From the NCBI GenBank assembly GCA_035221665.1, contig CM069154.1, forward strand, positions 34,224,001 through 34,288,000: a DNA stretch of 64,000 bases, read 5' to 3'. The notes under the pieces were generated by a model. The model ran no database searches. It had not been told where the DNA came from and saw nothing but the letters and a program-made list of their open reading frames with translations. Source of the DNA: Okamejei kenojei. Lineage: Eukaryota. Made by a program: the position numbers and the translations under genes. Below, one piece after another: positions 40,752 to 52,509 of the stretch; the first letter of the stretch is position 1; every line of letters starts with the position of its first letter.

Positions 40752-40999
40752 ATTGAATAGAATAGAATCCTTTATTGTCATTGTACAATATACAACGAAA
40801 TTTCGTTTGGCAGCATCTCCTTCTGTAGCAGCACCAAGCATAAATCGTAAAAAGAGATAAAAATAAAATAAATAAATAAAAAGTACAGTAAAAACAGTAA
40901 AGTGCAAGTACAGTTAGGTAAATGAATGAAAAAGATTGTGTTTTTTAAGTGCAGAAGTTATTGTCCGTTGGCTGGAAGGTGGTAGTGTGTGTGTGTGTA

Positions 41000-41031
<32 letters not shown>

Positions 41032-42330
41032 GGGGGGGGGGGGGTGTCATAGTTTACTGTAGCAGACTCTTCACAGCCATGGGGAAGAAACTGTTCTTCA
41101 GTCTGTTGGTACGTGCTCTCATGACTCTGAGTCTGCCAGAGGGGAGGATGGAGAATAGAGAGTGCCCTGGGTGGGTGGGGTCATCCTGGATCTTTTTGGC
41201 CCGATGGAGGAGACGGCTTGAGTAGATCTCCTCCAAGCGTGGAAGTGGGGAGCCGATGATCCACTGAGCAGTCTTGATGACCCGCTGCAGTTGTTTCTTC
41301 TCAGATGCGGTGCAGCTGGCATACCACACCGTGCATCCGTAGGTCAGGACACTCTCTATTGTGCAATGGTAAAAGTTTTCCAGCAGAGGTGGAGGGAGTC
41401 TGTTTCTCTTCAGCGTTCTCAGGAAGAACAGACGCTGCTGGGCCTTTTTAATAATGTGGGTGGTGTTCACAGTCCAGCCCAGGTCCTCTGAGATGTGCAG
41501 TCCGAGAAATTTGAAGTTTTTGACCCGCTCCACCTCTTCCCCGTTGATGTTCAGGCCTGAATGTAGTGTAGTCCTTGTCCTCCGGAAGTCAATGATGACT
41601 TCTTTTGTCTTCTTGGTGTTAAGGTTGAGGTGGTTGTCGCTGCACCAGGCCGTCAGTGTTCGGACCTCCTCCCTGTATGGTGCCTCATCCTCTTTGTTAA
41701 TCAGTCCAACAATGGTTGTATCATCTGCAAATTTGATGAGGGTGTTGGAGCCATGGGTGGCAACGCAGTCGTGGGTGTACAGTGTGTACAAGACAGGACT
41801 CAGAACACAACCCTGGGGAACACCGGTGTTGAGGACAATGGTGGAGGACGTGGTGGTGCCCATTCTGACATACTGGGGTCTGTTAGTCAGGAAGTCTTTT
41901 ATCCACAGACAGAGGGAGGTTCCAAGTTGCAGTGTCTGTAGTTTGTTGATCAGCCGGCTGGGACTGATGGAGTTGAATGCTGAACTAAAGTCAACAAATA
42001 GCATCCTGATGTATGTGTTGGGACTTTCAATATGGGTGAGAGCGGAGTGGAGGGCAATGGAGATGGCGTCGTCTGTGGATCTTTTGGACTTGTAGGCAAA
42101 CTGATGTTGGTCAAAGCCAGGTGGGATATGGGCCTTGACATGTTGTAACACCAGCCTCTCCATGCATTTCATGATCACCGGTGTCAGGGCCACAGGCCGG
42201 TAATCATTCAGTCCCATGATGGCAGAGGTTTTGGGCACAGGGATTATGGTGGCAGTTTTCAGGCAGGTGGGGACTGTGGCTTGCTGCAGCGAACGGTTAA
42301 AGATGTTAGTGAATACTGCAGCAAGCTGAT
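40752..42330 (-). mobile_element. Rex1/Babar LINE, 5'-truncated, uninterrupted RT ORF
   Basis: ORF 41054..42238(-), extending to ~42330: [33 protein letters not shown]. 3' UTR with (CA)n, AATAAA and (ATTCT)n tail. Confidence 0.92.
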
Positions 42331-42383
42331 GGCTGATTGATCACCGCATCTCCCCGAGGAGAGAGAGGGGGGAGCCGTGGCTG

Positions 42384-42685
42384 NNNNNNNNNNNNNNNNN
42401 NNNNNNNNNNNNNNNNNNNNNNNNNNNNNNNNNNNNNNNNNNNNNNNNNNNNNNNNNNNNNNNNNNNNNNNNNNNNNNNNNNNNNNNNNNNNNNNNNNNN
42501 NNNNNNNNNNNNNNNNNNNNNNNNNNNNNNNNNNNNNNNNNNNNNNNNNNNNNNNNNNNNNNNNNNNNNNNNNNNNNNNNNNNNNNNNNNNNNNNNNNNN
42601 NNNNNNNNNNNNNNNNNNNNNNNNNNNNNNNNNNNNNNNNNNNNNNNNNNNNNNNNNNNNNNNNNNNNNNNNNNNNNNNNNNNNN
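42384..42685. other. Assembly gap (302 N)
   Basis: Run of N flanked by GA-rich sequence. Confidence 1.
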
Positions 42686-42986
42686 GAAGGGAGAGAGAAA
42701 GGAGAGAGAGAGAGAGAGAATGTGGAGAGAGAGCGAGGAGAGAGGAACGATGGCACGTTATAACCCGCAGCCATCCCATTCTGACCACCGCCGAACCCCC
42801 CACCGCACCTTTGCCCCCTTCTTCACTGCGGCCCAGTGATGACTCGGCTCTGACAATTCGAGGGATCTAACCGGTAACAACACTAAGAGCAGCCCCGGGC
42901 CGCCGCGCTTCCCGACTCGAATCTGAGCTTGACAAATCAGGTGGTGGGCCTGACGTGTCCCGCGGGCCATGATTTGGAGACTCCTG
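42686..42986. mobile_element. One end of a hAT/Charlie-like non-autonomous element
   Basis: Ends CCCGCGGGCCATGATTTGGAGACTCCTG (reverse complement CAGGAGTCTCCAAA), a Charlie-type terminus. The other end is not seen. Confidence 0.55.
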
Positions 42987-44724
42987 CCTTACATGAACTA
43001 AACAAAAATGTACAGAAGTACAAAAATTGATTACTTTATTATTGTGATAAGTATAGATCCATTTTTATTTTAATCTAACAACTTTCTAATGTACCGACAT
43101 AGTCTACCTTCCCAAGTGGCGTATCGTGTTCCGCTCCATGATCTTTGGTCTGTGCCGCCTCTACTGAAGCGAGCTAATGTAGAGGGAGAGTGAAGCAGCG
43201 TCAATTACGTGGGCAGAGCCTAGTAATTGACGCTCGCTCTTCCTCCACTGGGCTCATGACATGCCCCCTTGTGAGGCAGATGTGATCGCTGCCTCCCCTG
43301 GAGCTTTTTCAATGCAGTTTTATGTGAGACCAGCGAGCACAAATTTAATATCTTTATATGTGAAATACGTTACCTGCACTATGGAAGGTAAGGACATGTA
43401 ATGAAGGGGTTTACACACATTACTTTGGTGACATACATAGAGATAGTAACAGGCACACGCTTATTGCCGGCACTCCATGCAGTTTCTAAGAGGTTGCGCA
43501 ATCAGAGGGGAGGCTCAGCTCGCCGCTGGCTCACCTCTCATCTCTCCATGTATTTGCAGCGGAGCTGTGGAAATTTTGCAATTTTTACTTTAAAAAATGT
43601 TTAGATTCATATAGAAATGACATTTATAACACAGATCAGTGGAAAAATATTTATATTTATTTTATTTTATTATTATTTTTCTTTACTTTTCTTAACAGCT
43701 ATTTTCATTGGGAGTATGACAGGTGAGGCTCTGCCTCCCCTGACTGCAAGTCCCTGATCTCTACACTGTAAATTACTCGATTGTAATCATGTATTGACTT
43801 TCCACTGACTGGTTGGCACGTAACAAAAGCTTTTCACTGTACGTCGGTACATATGACAACAAAACGAAACTAAACTAGAACATGTTATTTGGCCCCTTTA
43901 TCACATCTCTAATGTTTCCTGAACCAACAAATGCCCTTTTCATCCTCTTTTATTCTCATCTGAAAACAATACTATAGGAACATGGCACTGCCACTTCCAC
44001 CCATCCACAGCCAAGTCTCAGAAATGACCACAATTTCACACTGCACTCAGTTTATTACCTATATTTCCTCTATTCCTACCATTAAAGTACATACAATTAA
44101 GCACTTAAATGCACGTAATTTAATGCAGGGAACTTCTAATCGTGTTCGCTAAACCATTATTTTTCACATCCAACTTTGCCAACATTGTGAATATCATGAT
44201 TTTGTTCCTCAATTCAACCTACATGGCATCACTTGTAGAACTGAAAGTGTTGTCAAGTTCCTATCCCACTACAAGCTTGTATGAACTTTCCCAAATGTCT
44301 ATAGTAAACCTAGCTACAAGAATAGTTTTTCTGACCCTACTGAGGTGCAATTGTGCAGATGATATAAATGTCACCTCTCGAGGAATCTAAAGCCCTGCTA
44401 CCTGCAATATTACATCAGTCACCACACATTTATATAAACATACCCCAAATTAGGCAATGCAGTAGGACAATCAAACTCACTAGGTTGCCCTGCTATTTAC
44501 TAACATTATAGCAGATTTGATTGTAACTTTACATCCATATTCACACCTATCTGCGATAACCTTTCACCCCTCTGCTTAACAAGTGTCATAGAACTTAGAA
44601 TGGTACAGCAGGTACAGGCCCCTCAGGCCACAATGTCTTGCTGAACATGATGTCATGATAAACTAATCTCATCTGCATATGATTTATATCCCTCAATTCG
44701 CTACATATTCAAAATTATCCATCC

Positions 44725-45117
44725 AGCATAGATACAAATTGCTGGAGTAACTCAGCGAGACAGGCAGCATCTCTGGAGAGAAGGAACGGGTGACGTTTCG
44801 GGTCGAGACCCTTCTTCAGACTGATGTCAGGGGAGTGGGGGGTACATAGAGAAGAAAATGTATGGATAAGGAAGTGTAAGGTGTTTAAACAGGACAAAGG
44901 GAATGGAGATCAAGGAAAATGTAGAATAGATCATTGTTAGTTGGGAGAAGGTAAAAATAAAGTAAACAGAGATCAAATGAAGCCGGAGACAGTACAACTG
45001 GTCGGAGAACTGGGAAGGGGGAGGGGACGGAGAGTGAGGGAAAGCAAGGGTTACTTGAAGTTAGAAAAGTCAATGTTCATACCGCTGGGGTGTAAGCTGT
45101 CCAAGCGAAATATGAAG
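44725..45117 (-). mobile_element. Penelope-like 3' fragment with intact hammerhead motif, inserted in a minus-strand CR1 fragment
   Basis: 44792-44819 is the reverse complement of CTGAAGAAGGGTCTCGACCCGAAACGTC. Upstream frame ends FRLDSLHPSGMNIDFSNF. Confidence 0.82.
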
Positions 45118-45574
45118 TCTATCTATCGAGCTCTACCTTAAAACTATTCAATAATTCTGGTTCCACTTCCGTTTGAGGAAGACGGTCCCAAAGATCCACA
45201 ACTCTTTGAGAGAATAAATGTTACTACTTTTGAGGTGCAGCTTTTTATTCTCATTCCTAGTTACCTGGATGCTACCTGCACCGTTCATCCTTCTTTCTGT
45301 TCATATCAATGATATCGAAATGGACAACCTGGCTGTGCACCCTCCCCTCGGAATACTGTGTTCAGCAATATCCCTCACCCTACCACCACAATTATTGACC
45401 TCCCACGTCACCAAATCTGTGGGCTTGTCGGTTAATTGACTCCTGAGTGTGCAGGTGACTGGTAGAATCAGGAGGTGTTGATGTGAATGTTGGGGGGGAA
45501 TAAAGACTACATAATGCCCACTATGAACAGTGGGTAAAACAGCCTGTTTCTGTGCTGTGTGACATTATGAGTTA

Positions 45575-45770
45575 TATCATAATTTTTGTCCCCTAATTTG
45601 AGGAAGGACATTCTTGCCATTGAAGGCTCTTAAGGATAGCGGAGTCAGGGGATATGGGGAGAGGGCAGGAGTACTGATTGGGGATGATCAGCCATGATCA
45701 CAATGGATGGTGGTGCTGGCTCAAAGGGCCGAGTGGCCTACTCCTGCACCTATTGTCAATTGTCTATTTA
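45575..45770 (+). mobile_element. CR1 3' fragment (internally deleted)
   Basis: GATCAGCCATGATCAC...AAGGGCCGAGTGGCCTACTCCTGCACCTATT tail. Confidence 0.65.
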
Positions 45771-46129
45771 AATATATGTTTATAAAAGAGGCAGTTGTTA
45801 TATTGGAGATTTTGACAATTTTTTGCAGAGCAATAAAGTCTGATCAAAATTATTCTCCACATTTCTCTCACCATACATTAAGCGATGTTTAAATTTAGTC
45901 TTTCATTAATTACCAATGATTTGTGGTTTTGTATTTCTGACCCTGAAGGAGGCCATAATTTTAGTTTCTGTCAAAACAAATCTACCCCATCTAATCGTCA
46001 CGAGCACCATTGAACGTGCCGATCATCGTTATTCAAATAACTGTCAAGACGATTTCTTATTTCACCACCTTTTCTTGCACTGCTTTCTAGATCCACACCA
46101 ACTTTTGGATAAACAATAATTTTTCTCAT

Positions 46130-46690
46130 TTCTCCTTAGCACCATGAGACTTGCCTCAATGACTACTACAATAATGAAATGCTCTGAAAAGTTGGTTGTG
46201 GCACCAATCCATTCCTGCCTCAGAAATGGCCAGGTTACATTACAAACGGTCGACCGCAGAAGCTATCTCACCGACTCTCCACCCTGTTCTGGACCGCCTG
46301 CTTAACATCAGGCTGCTGTTCACCGAATACAGCTCAGCGTTCAACACTATCATCTCCTCCAAACTCATCACCAAGCACCGAGTCCCGTGTACCTGCCTTT
46401 GCAGCTGGATCCTTGTCTTCCTTGTGCGGCCTGCCAGCAACATCTCTTGCACTACAATGGACTTGCTTTTCTAATTGTCCATTCTTTTGCACTAACTTCT
46501 CCCCCCCCCCCGCCCCAGTCTATTTCTTTTCACAGTATTATAGAATTTATGTGTAGTTTTTGTATAATTTATGTTTTTGTGCGTTTGTCTGGGACCTTGT
46601 GCTTGTGATGCTGCAGCACTCAAAATTGTCATTGTATCTACCTCACCATACTTGTGCATATGACTGTAAACTCGATTTGACGACTCTAAT
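46130..46690 (+). mobile_element. Degenerate, deleted Rex1/Babar fragment
   Basis: Encodes RSTAEAIS...IRLLFTEYSSAFNTIISSKLITK...LCSWIL. Confidence 0.7.
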
Positions 46691-47819
46691 CCTACTTTAA
46701 ACCTATTAACCTGGCTTTTAACCCTTTTGTTAATGGAAATATTCCTTAACCAAAGTCACCTTTGGTTATATTGCCTTCTTGAATGTTCTTGTGGTGGTTT
46801 ATTTTGCTTTAAACTTCATGTTATAGATTAATACTGCACAATTATTGGTGAATAGATGTTGAGTTCTGGACGGACATTTTCTTAAGGCACAAGAAAGCTT
46901 TGCAATAAAATTCCTTTAGTCCTTTAATGGGTAGTTTAAAATGTCATAACAACTAGCTGCAGTAGTAAGAATCTGAAAGTTATTTTACTGGATTTGTGGA
47001 AAAATTACAAAGTAGGATATCATTGGAAAAGACAGTTTAAAGTCACCAATAGTCCACAAATTCCACTATAAAAAAAGTCAAAAATTGAAAACTAAATCAA
47101 AAAGTTCATGCTGCAGCACATTGAGAGTCTGCTGAAATCAAATGTTCCCAGATGTGTAATGACGCAGCAGTTAAACCAGATCCTTGCTAATTTTTGCAGG
47201 GATCTATTTCTCAGAATTTTTCAATGAGGCAACACATCCCTCTCAATATTTTTCTGCAAAAGGTATAAAACATACTTAAAGAATTCCATTCTATAGTACG
47301 CTAATATCAATTATACACTATTCAGTGAACATGGAATTCTAAAAGTAAACCAAAGTCATAGATATAAATTTCAGCTTAGTTATGTGCAGTTTGGTCGAAT
47401 AATCTGAGGTCAGAATGCCTGTATTCATAGGAATCCCAGCAGATTCTGGAGGTAAGTTTCAATTTCAACAAGAAGTAAACCTGATGGCAGTGGTGTAGTT
47501 CCTGTTATGTACTTGATTAATCTTCATGTGTGATTTATCAGAGACAGGAAATCAGGTAGATTCATCTCTGCCAAGTTAGATGTGGGAATGACCTCTTGTT
47601 CTTTGCTTTGTCATGAGGTACTATTTGGCATTTTGCCTGGTTAAGTTTAATACCTTTGGGCTGAGGTAAGATGGGCTATGTTTTCATATCTAAAAAACAT
47701 CCACTCTGCATCTGACAAGCTCAAACTCAAAAAGTAAAGACAGAACCTCCACAATTATTTAAAACCCGAGATTTTATTTCCTCAGGAACAAATCCTTCAG
47801 CAGAATTAGTGAATATCAC

Positions 47820-48045
47820 TGAAGCATCCTACCAACCACTATCTACCTCATTGGAGACCCTTGGACAATCTTTGATCAAACTTTACTGGACTTTATCCTA
47901 CACAATGTTATTCACGTTATTCCCTTTATCATGTGGGTGGCTCGAATGCAGTCATGTATTGTCTTTCCGCTGACTGGTTAGCACGCTACAAAAGTTTTTC
48001 ACTGTACCTCGGTTCACGTGACATTAAACTAAACTCAAACTCAAA
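47820..48045 (+). mobile_element. Rex1/Babar-type 3' UTR/tail
   Basis: Similar to 40660-40730 plus 43765-43876. Confidence 0.6.
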
Positions 48046-48920
48046 TATTACAAAATTGGAGAATTAGATAATATACATAAAGGAAGAAGACAAAGGAAAG
48101 GGGGCAAGAGATAAACGCAACATAAAATCCAAATCGTATAATGAACGTAAATTGCTAGCATATAACAACATATTAAGTAGGTACAATATTATTTGTGAGA
48201 CAGGAAGAAGCCTGGTGGGTGAAATGAAAGAAATTTAAGAGAAACAAGGTGTGAATGTCAAATGATGAAGGGAAAAGGAGGCAAAAGAGATAGATGTAGA
48301 AGAAGACCAAAGGAAGCTGCACCTAACCAACAGCTAAAGATGTAGCAGGTTGGCATAACTCGTGCAGAATACTCCATCAGCACAGGAGACTCGCCCCGTT
48401 TACCAAGATTCCAGTCTTGGTAGTCATCTCTTTCCAGAGATGCACAATAGGTTTGCGGTGGCGATAGCTCCTGTGTATAAATGAAAGCAAGTTAACAATT
48501 TGTCCGGGTTTACACAAGCGTCACATGATGTTGGGTGTCAACACTGAAGCTTCTTTATTTTAATACCTCAAAACAATTCTTAAACCAAGTGAGTTAATTC
48601 TGATAGAATGTTAAAGGCCAAAGAACAAGTATTGAATTCTAATAAACCATTAAAAAGTAATCATTTAAAAAAAATCAGTGCGCAAATGTCTCATTGGAGT
48701 CCATAACCTGAATTGAAATCTTTCACTTTTTCTCTTCCTATCCCCTCCTCACTTGCATTCCTACACATTAGATACTTCCACTCTGTGAATAATAAAACAA
48801 GACACTGAAAGTGCAGAAACAAATGGACAACTGGCAGATCAGGCACATCCAATGGACAAACCAGGTGATCGTTCCCCAGCAGGGCAGCAGGGTGGTGCAG
48901 CGGCACAGATGCTGCCTTTA

Positions 48921-49035
48921 GGGCCTGTCCCACTTGGCCGACATTTGCGCGTCACTGAGATGGCGCGCGATGATTTTGTACAGCACAATATCCTGCGACG
49001 GCCGGGCGTCACTGCCTATGTCATCCTATTGCCTC
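48921..49035 (+). mobile_element. Left end of a PIF/Harbinger-type MITE
   Basis: TTA target followed by GGGCCTGTCCCACT, a Harbinger-type terminus. CpG-rich. Right end missing. Confidence 0.5.
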
Positions 49036-50122
49036 CTTAATGCAGGTATAAGAGAGCTCTCAGCACCTAGTCTTTCCATCACCTTTGGAAACTTTTATTG
49101 CTTTTTATCAACATGAGGACCAAAGTTGTGCCAATTAAAGTCAAAGAAGCCATTATGAGACTGAGAAACAAGAATAAAACTGTTAGAGACATCAGCCAAA
49201 CCTTAGGCTTACCAAAATCAACTGTTTGGAACATCATTAAAAAGAAAGAGAGCACTGGTGACCTTACCAATCGCAAAGGGACTGGCAGGCCAAGGAAGAC
49301 CTCCACAGCTGATGACAGAAGAATTCTCTCTATAATAAAGAAAAATTCCCAAACACCTGTCCGACAGATCAGAAACACTCTTCTGGAGTCAGGTGTGGAT
49401 TTGTCAATGACCACTGTCCGCAGAAGACTTCATGAACAGAAATACAGAGGCTACACGACAAGATGCAAACCACTGGTTTGCCGCAAAAATAGGATGGCCA
49501 GGTCACAGTTTGCCAAGAAGTACTTAAAAGAGTAACCACAGTTCTGGAAAAAGGTCTTGTGGACAGATGTGACAAAAGTCGGGCCCAGAGCTTCAGCAGC
49601 GGGACAGCATGGACTTTCCATCGCAGAGCGGGGCGATCACTTGCCGGGGATCGCCAGAGAAGAGCTCCGACCGCCGGCCTATACCATCCTGAAGCCGGTA
49701 ACCTATACCATCCTGAAGCCGTGGTCTCCGGTAAGGAAGTGGCCGATTCAGGAACTCTAAGCCACGGAGTATGTTCAATCTGTCCCAAAGTCGGAGCTTC
49801 GATCATCCCGACGAGAGGGCTTGCACATCGGGCCGTCCGTAGCGGCGACTACGGAGGGTCAAGGCCCCCAAACACGGGTGAACAAAAGGAGGAAGGCCAA
49901 TTGAACATTTTTGCCTTCCATCACAGTGAAGAATACTGTGGTGGATATTTATGTTAAATTCTATTGTGTATAGTGTTCTTTTTAATTGTTTGGCTGCATG
50001 GTAACTCATTTCACAGAAACTTAATTGGTGCATGTGACAAATAAATGTGAACCTTGACCTGGTGATGTCCATGAATCGCAGAAGTCAAGCAGTCATTGCA
50101 TGCAAAGGATATGCAACAAAAT

Positions 50123-51335
50123 TGTAAACCTGTCGGGTCCCTGTCACACAGGAGGCTTGTTCCCCCAACGCGATATTCCACCACTCACCCATAGCCCCCA
50201 ACTGAACAGGCGTAGCTCATTTCCCCTCATCCCCAGTACTCTCGCCCCCTCCTCTTCACTCTCCCTCTTCTATCCCCTCCTCCCCCCCCCCAATCCCCTC
50301 CCTCACCTCTCTCTCCCTTTCCTCTCCCCTCAGTCACTCCCTCCCTCCATAACTCCTCTCCCCTCCCTACCCCCCTCCTATCCCTCTATCCCCCACCTCA
50401 CTTCCCCCTATCCCTCCACACCTCCCCCACTGCCCTCCTCTCCATCTATTCCCCACTCCCTAGCTGCCCCCCTCCTCAACTCCCCCCTCCTCTCCCTCTA
50501 CTCCCCCTCCTCCTCCTCCTCCTCCTCTATTCCCCCTCCTCTCCCAATCTCCCTCCTCACCACCTCCCTCTTCTTTTTCCTCTCCTCCTACCCTCCCCCA
50601 ATCCCTCCCTCAACTCTCTACCCTCAGTCACTCCCTCCCTACTCCCCTCCTCTCCCTCTACCCCTCACCTCCCCGGAGGAGCATCAGCCTCCGTGGATCC
50701 TCGGCCTGGCCCGGAAGCACCAGCAGCTACACCCACGCCGGCGTGTGGGCTGGGGGTGGAGAGCTCGGAGAAAGGGCGGAGGAAGAGCCATGGGGGAGAG
50801 GGGCAGACGCCAGCAAGGGGAACCGGGAAGGGGCTGGAGCTGCAGGATGTTGTGATGGAGGCGCATTTGGGACTCACAACGGGCGCTGCACAACGGGCCC
50901 TACACCGGGATCAGATTCTCCGCTTTCCGTTTGGCGACATCTCCGATTCCGGGCCGGGCCGCTTCTGGTCCCATCGAAAATTGTGTCCGGTTGGAGACTT
51001 CCGCCGGCCACCTACAGCGTCCCGCAGCTCCAGTAAAGACGCGATGACACAGGAAGGGGCGGACCGTCCCGCGGAGTGACAGGAGGAGAGACCAATCCAC
51101 GCTGCGCTGACGGGCAGGAGAGATCGATCTGCACATGCGTTTTTTAAGATTTTTAAACCTCGTTAACTTTTACCATATACCACCAATCGGAACGAAACAT
51201 GTTGCACTCGCGGCACATGAGAACGATGAGTGAGCTGGCGAAAAATCGTAGCCCTATCGCGTACTGTTTTTATGCAAATAGAAAAAAACGCGCAAACCGG
51301 AAGAGCACAAGATCAGAGTTTTAGTTGTGTCTAGA
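50123..51335 (-). mobile_element. Non-autonomous Helitron-like element
   Basis: Minus strand begins A|TCTAGACACAACTAAAACTCTGATC at 51335. Its 3' part matches the hairpin end at 57576-57660 but lacks the last ~10 nt. Tc1 sequence resumes at 51336. Confidence 0.65.
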
Positions 51336-51414
51336 TGGCTATTTTAATTTACATGGCATTGCTGTGTCCCAAATATTATGGTGCCCTGAAATGGGGAGGT
51401 CTATGTATAAAGGC

Positions 51415-51680
51415 TATGTACAAAATTGCTGGAGATTCTCAGCGGGTGCAGCAGCATCTATGGAGCGAAGGAAATAGGCAATGTTTCGGGCCGAAACCCT
51501 TCTTCAGATGATGCAGGGTGGGGGTGGGTGTGGGAGGGGGGGGGGGGGGGGGGGGGGAAGAAGAAAGGAAGAGGAGGAGCCAGAGGGCTGAGGGGGAGCT
51601 AAGAAGGGGAGGAGACAGCAAAGGCTATGGGAAATTGGAGAAGTCAATGTTCAGCCATTGGGGTGCAGACTACCCAAGAC
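51415..51680 (-). mobile_element. Penelope-like 3' fragment (subfamily B) inside the Tc1 right inverted repeat
   Basis: Reverse complement of CTGAAGAAGGGTTTCGGCCCGAAACATT at ~51480-51507, preceded by a ...NIDFSNF frame end. Confidence 0.75.
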
Positions 51681-52509
51681 TAAACACTGCTGTAATTTCT
51701 ACATGCTGAAACCTAAGTGTATAAAAATGACTTTTATTAAAATCTGACAATGTGCACTTTAACCAGATGTGACTTTTTTCTATTCACAAATCTCAAATTG
51801 TGGAGTACAGAGACAAATAAATAAACGATGGGTCTTTGACCCAAACATTATGAAGGGCACTGTACAGTTTTGTAGGTTAATTGGCTTTAGTAAAATTGTA
51901 AATTCTCCCTAGCGTGGTCAGCATGGACTCGGTGGGCTGAAGGGTCTGTTGCGGCACTGTATCTCTAAACTAAACACTCCGTCAGACACTTCCAGAGCTG
52001 TGCAATGTTGTCAGCATTTTATGTCCTTGTAGGTTATTTCACATTTATGTTTTTAAACATGAAGATGACAGGTGAATCGCTATTTGTACTGACAAACACA
52101 GAAGATGGCAAATCTCCACCTGTGACCTGGCCCAGTCATAGTCTCACTTCCAGCCCCTTAGAAGGTGTGAATCTGACAGTGTATCTGCTTTATTAGGACA
52201 GCATGCTTGGATTATACAAAACTTTGTTGTACATATGTCTATGATTTCTTAGCTTATGCCAGCAAAACCACAAAGCAATTCAGAAGGCAGCATTTCCCAA
52301 CCTGTAGCCTGTACCACCAAGAAGGACCAGGACAGCACGTTCAAGAGAACATCTGTAGATTTCCCTTCAAGCTGCACATCTTCCTGAATTGGGAACATAT
52401 CGCTGAGCCTAGATTGTCACTGGATCGCAATCCTGGACTACACTCCCGAACAGCAGTATGGGAGCACTTTCACCTGAACTCAACTCACCATTATCTTCTT
52501 AGGGTATTA

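Larger units (their letters stand above)
40741..43756. mobile_element. Non-autonomous hAT DNA transposon with 8-bp TSD
   Basis: Left end CAGTGACGTG, right end CAAGTCCCTG (reverse complement CAGGGACTTG, 8/10 match). Perfect TSD ATCTCTAC at 40733-40740 and 43757-43764. Confidence 0.78.
40125..43876 (+). mobile_element. Old Rex1/Babar LINE 3' fragment (40125-40740 and 43757-43876) hosting nested elements
   Basis: Encodes EMVENFNFLGVNI and [17 protein letters not shown]. Its 3' UTR resumes after the 43757-43764 TSD and ends ATGACAACAAAACGAAACTAAACT. Confidence 0.75.
49036..51862 (+). mobile_element. Tc1 transposon remnant (left end and catalytic core deleted; several nested insertions)
   Basis: ATG 49113 MRTKVVPIKVKEAIMRL...STVWNIIKK...GRPRKT...*PQFWKKVLWTD. 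C-terminus AVIACKGYATK at ~50088-50120. Right TIR ...CAAACATTATGAAGGGCACTG then TA (51863-51864). Inner direct repeat at ~51365. Confidence 0.85.
48882..51975 (+). mobile_element. HE1/V-SINE (head 48882-48917, tail 51865-51975) split by nested DNA transposons
   Basis: Head GGGCAGCAGGGTGGTGCAGCGGCACAGATGCTGCC. Tail CAGTTTTGTAGGTTAATTGGC...TGTATCTCTAAACTAAAC. Confidence 0.7.

Noticed and set aside
41454-42095. 213-aa plus-strand ORF
   Set aside because: Antisense shadow of the Rex RT frame.
42259-42870. ORFs spanning the N run
   Set aside because: Created by the assembly gap.
50100-50855. 251-aa Pro/Ser/Leu-rich ORF
   Set aside because: Product of a C-rich low-complexity tract inside a Helitron-like element.
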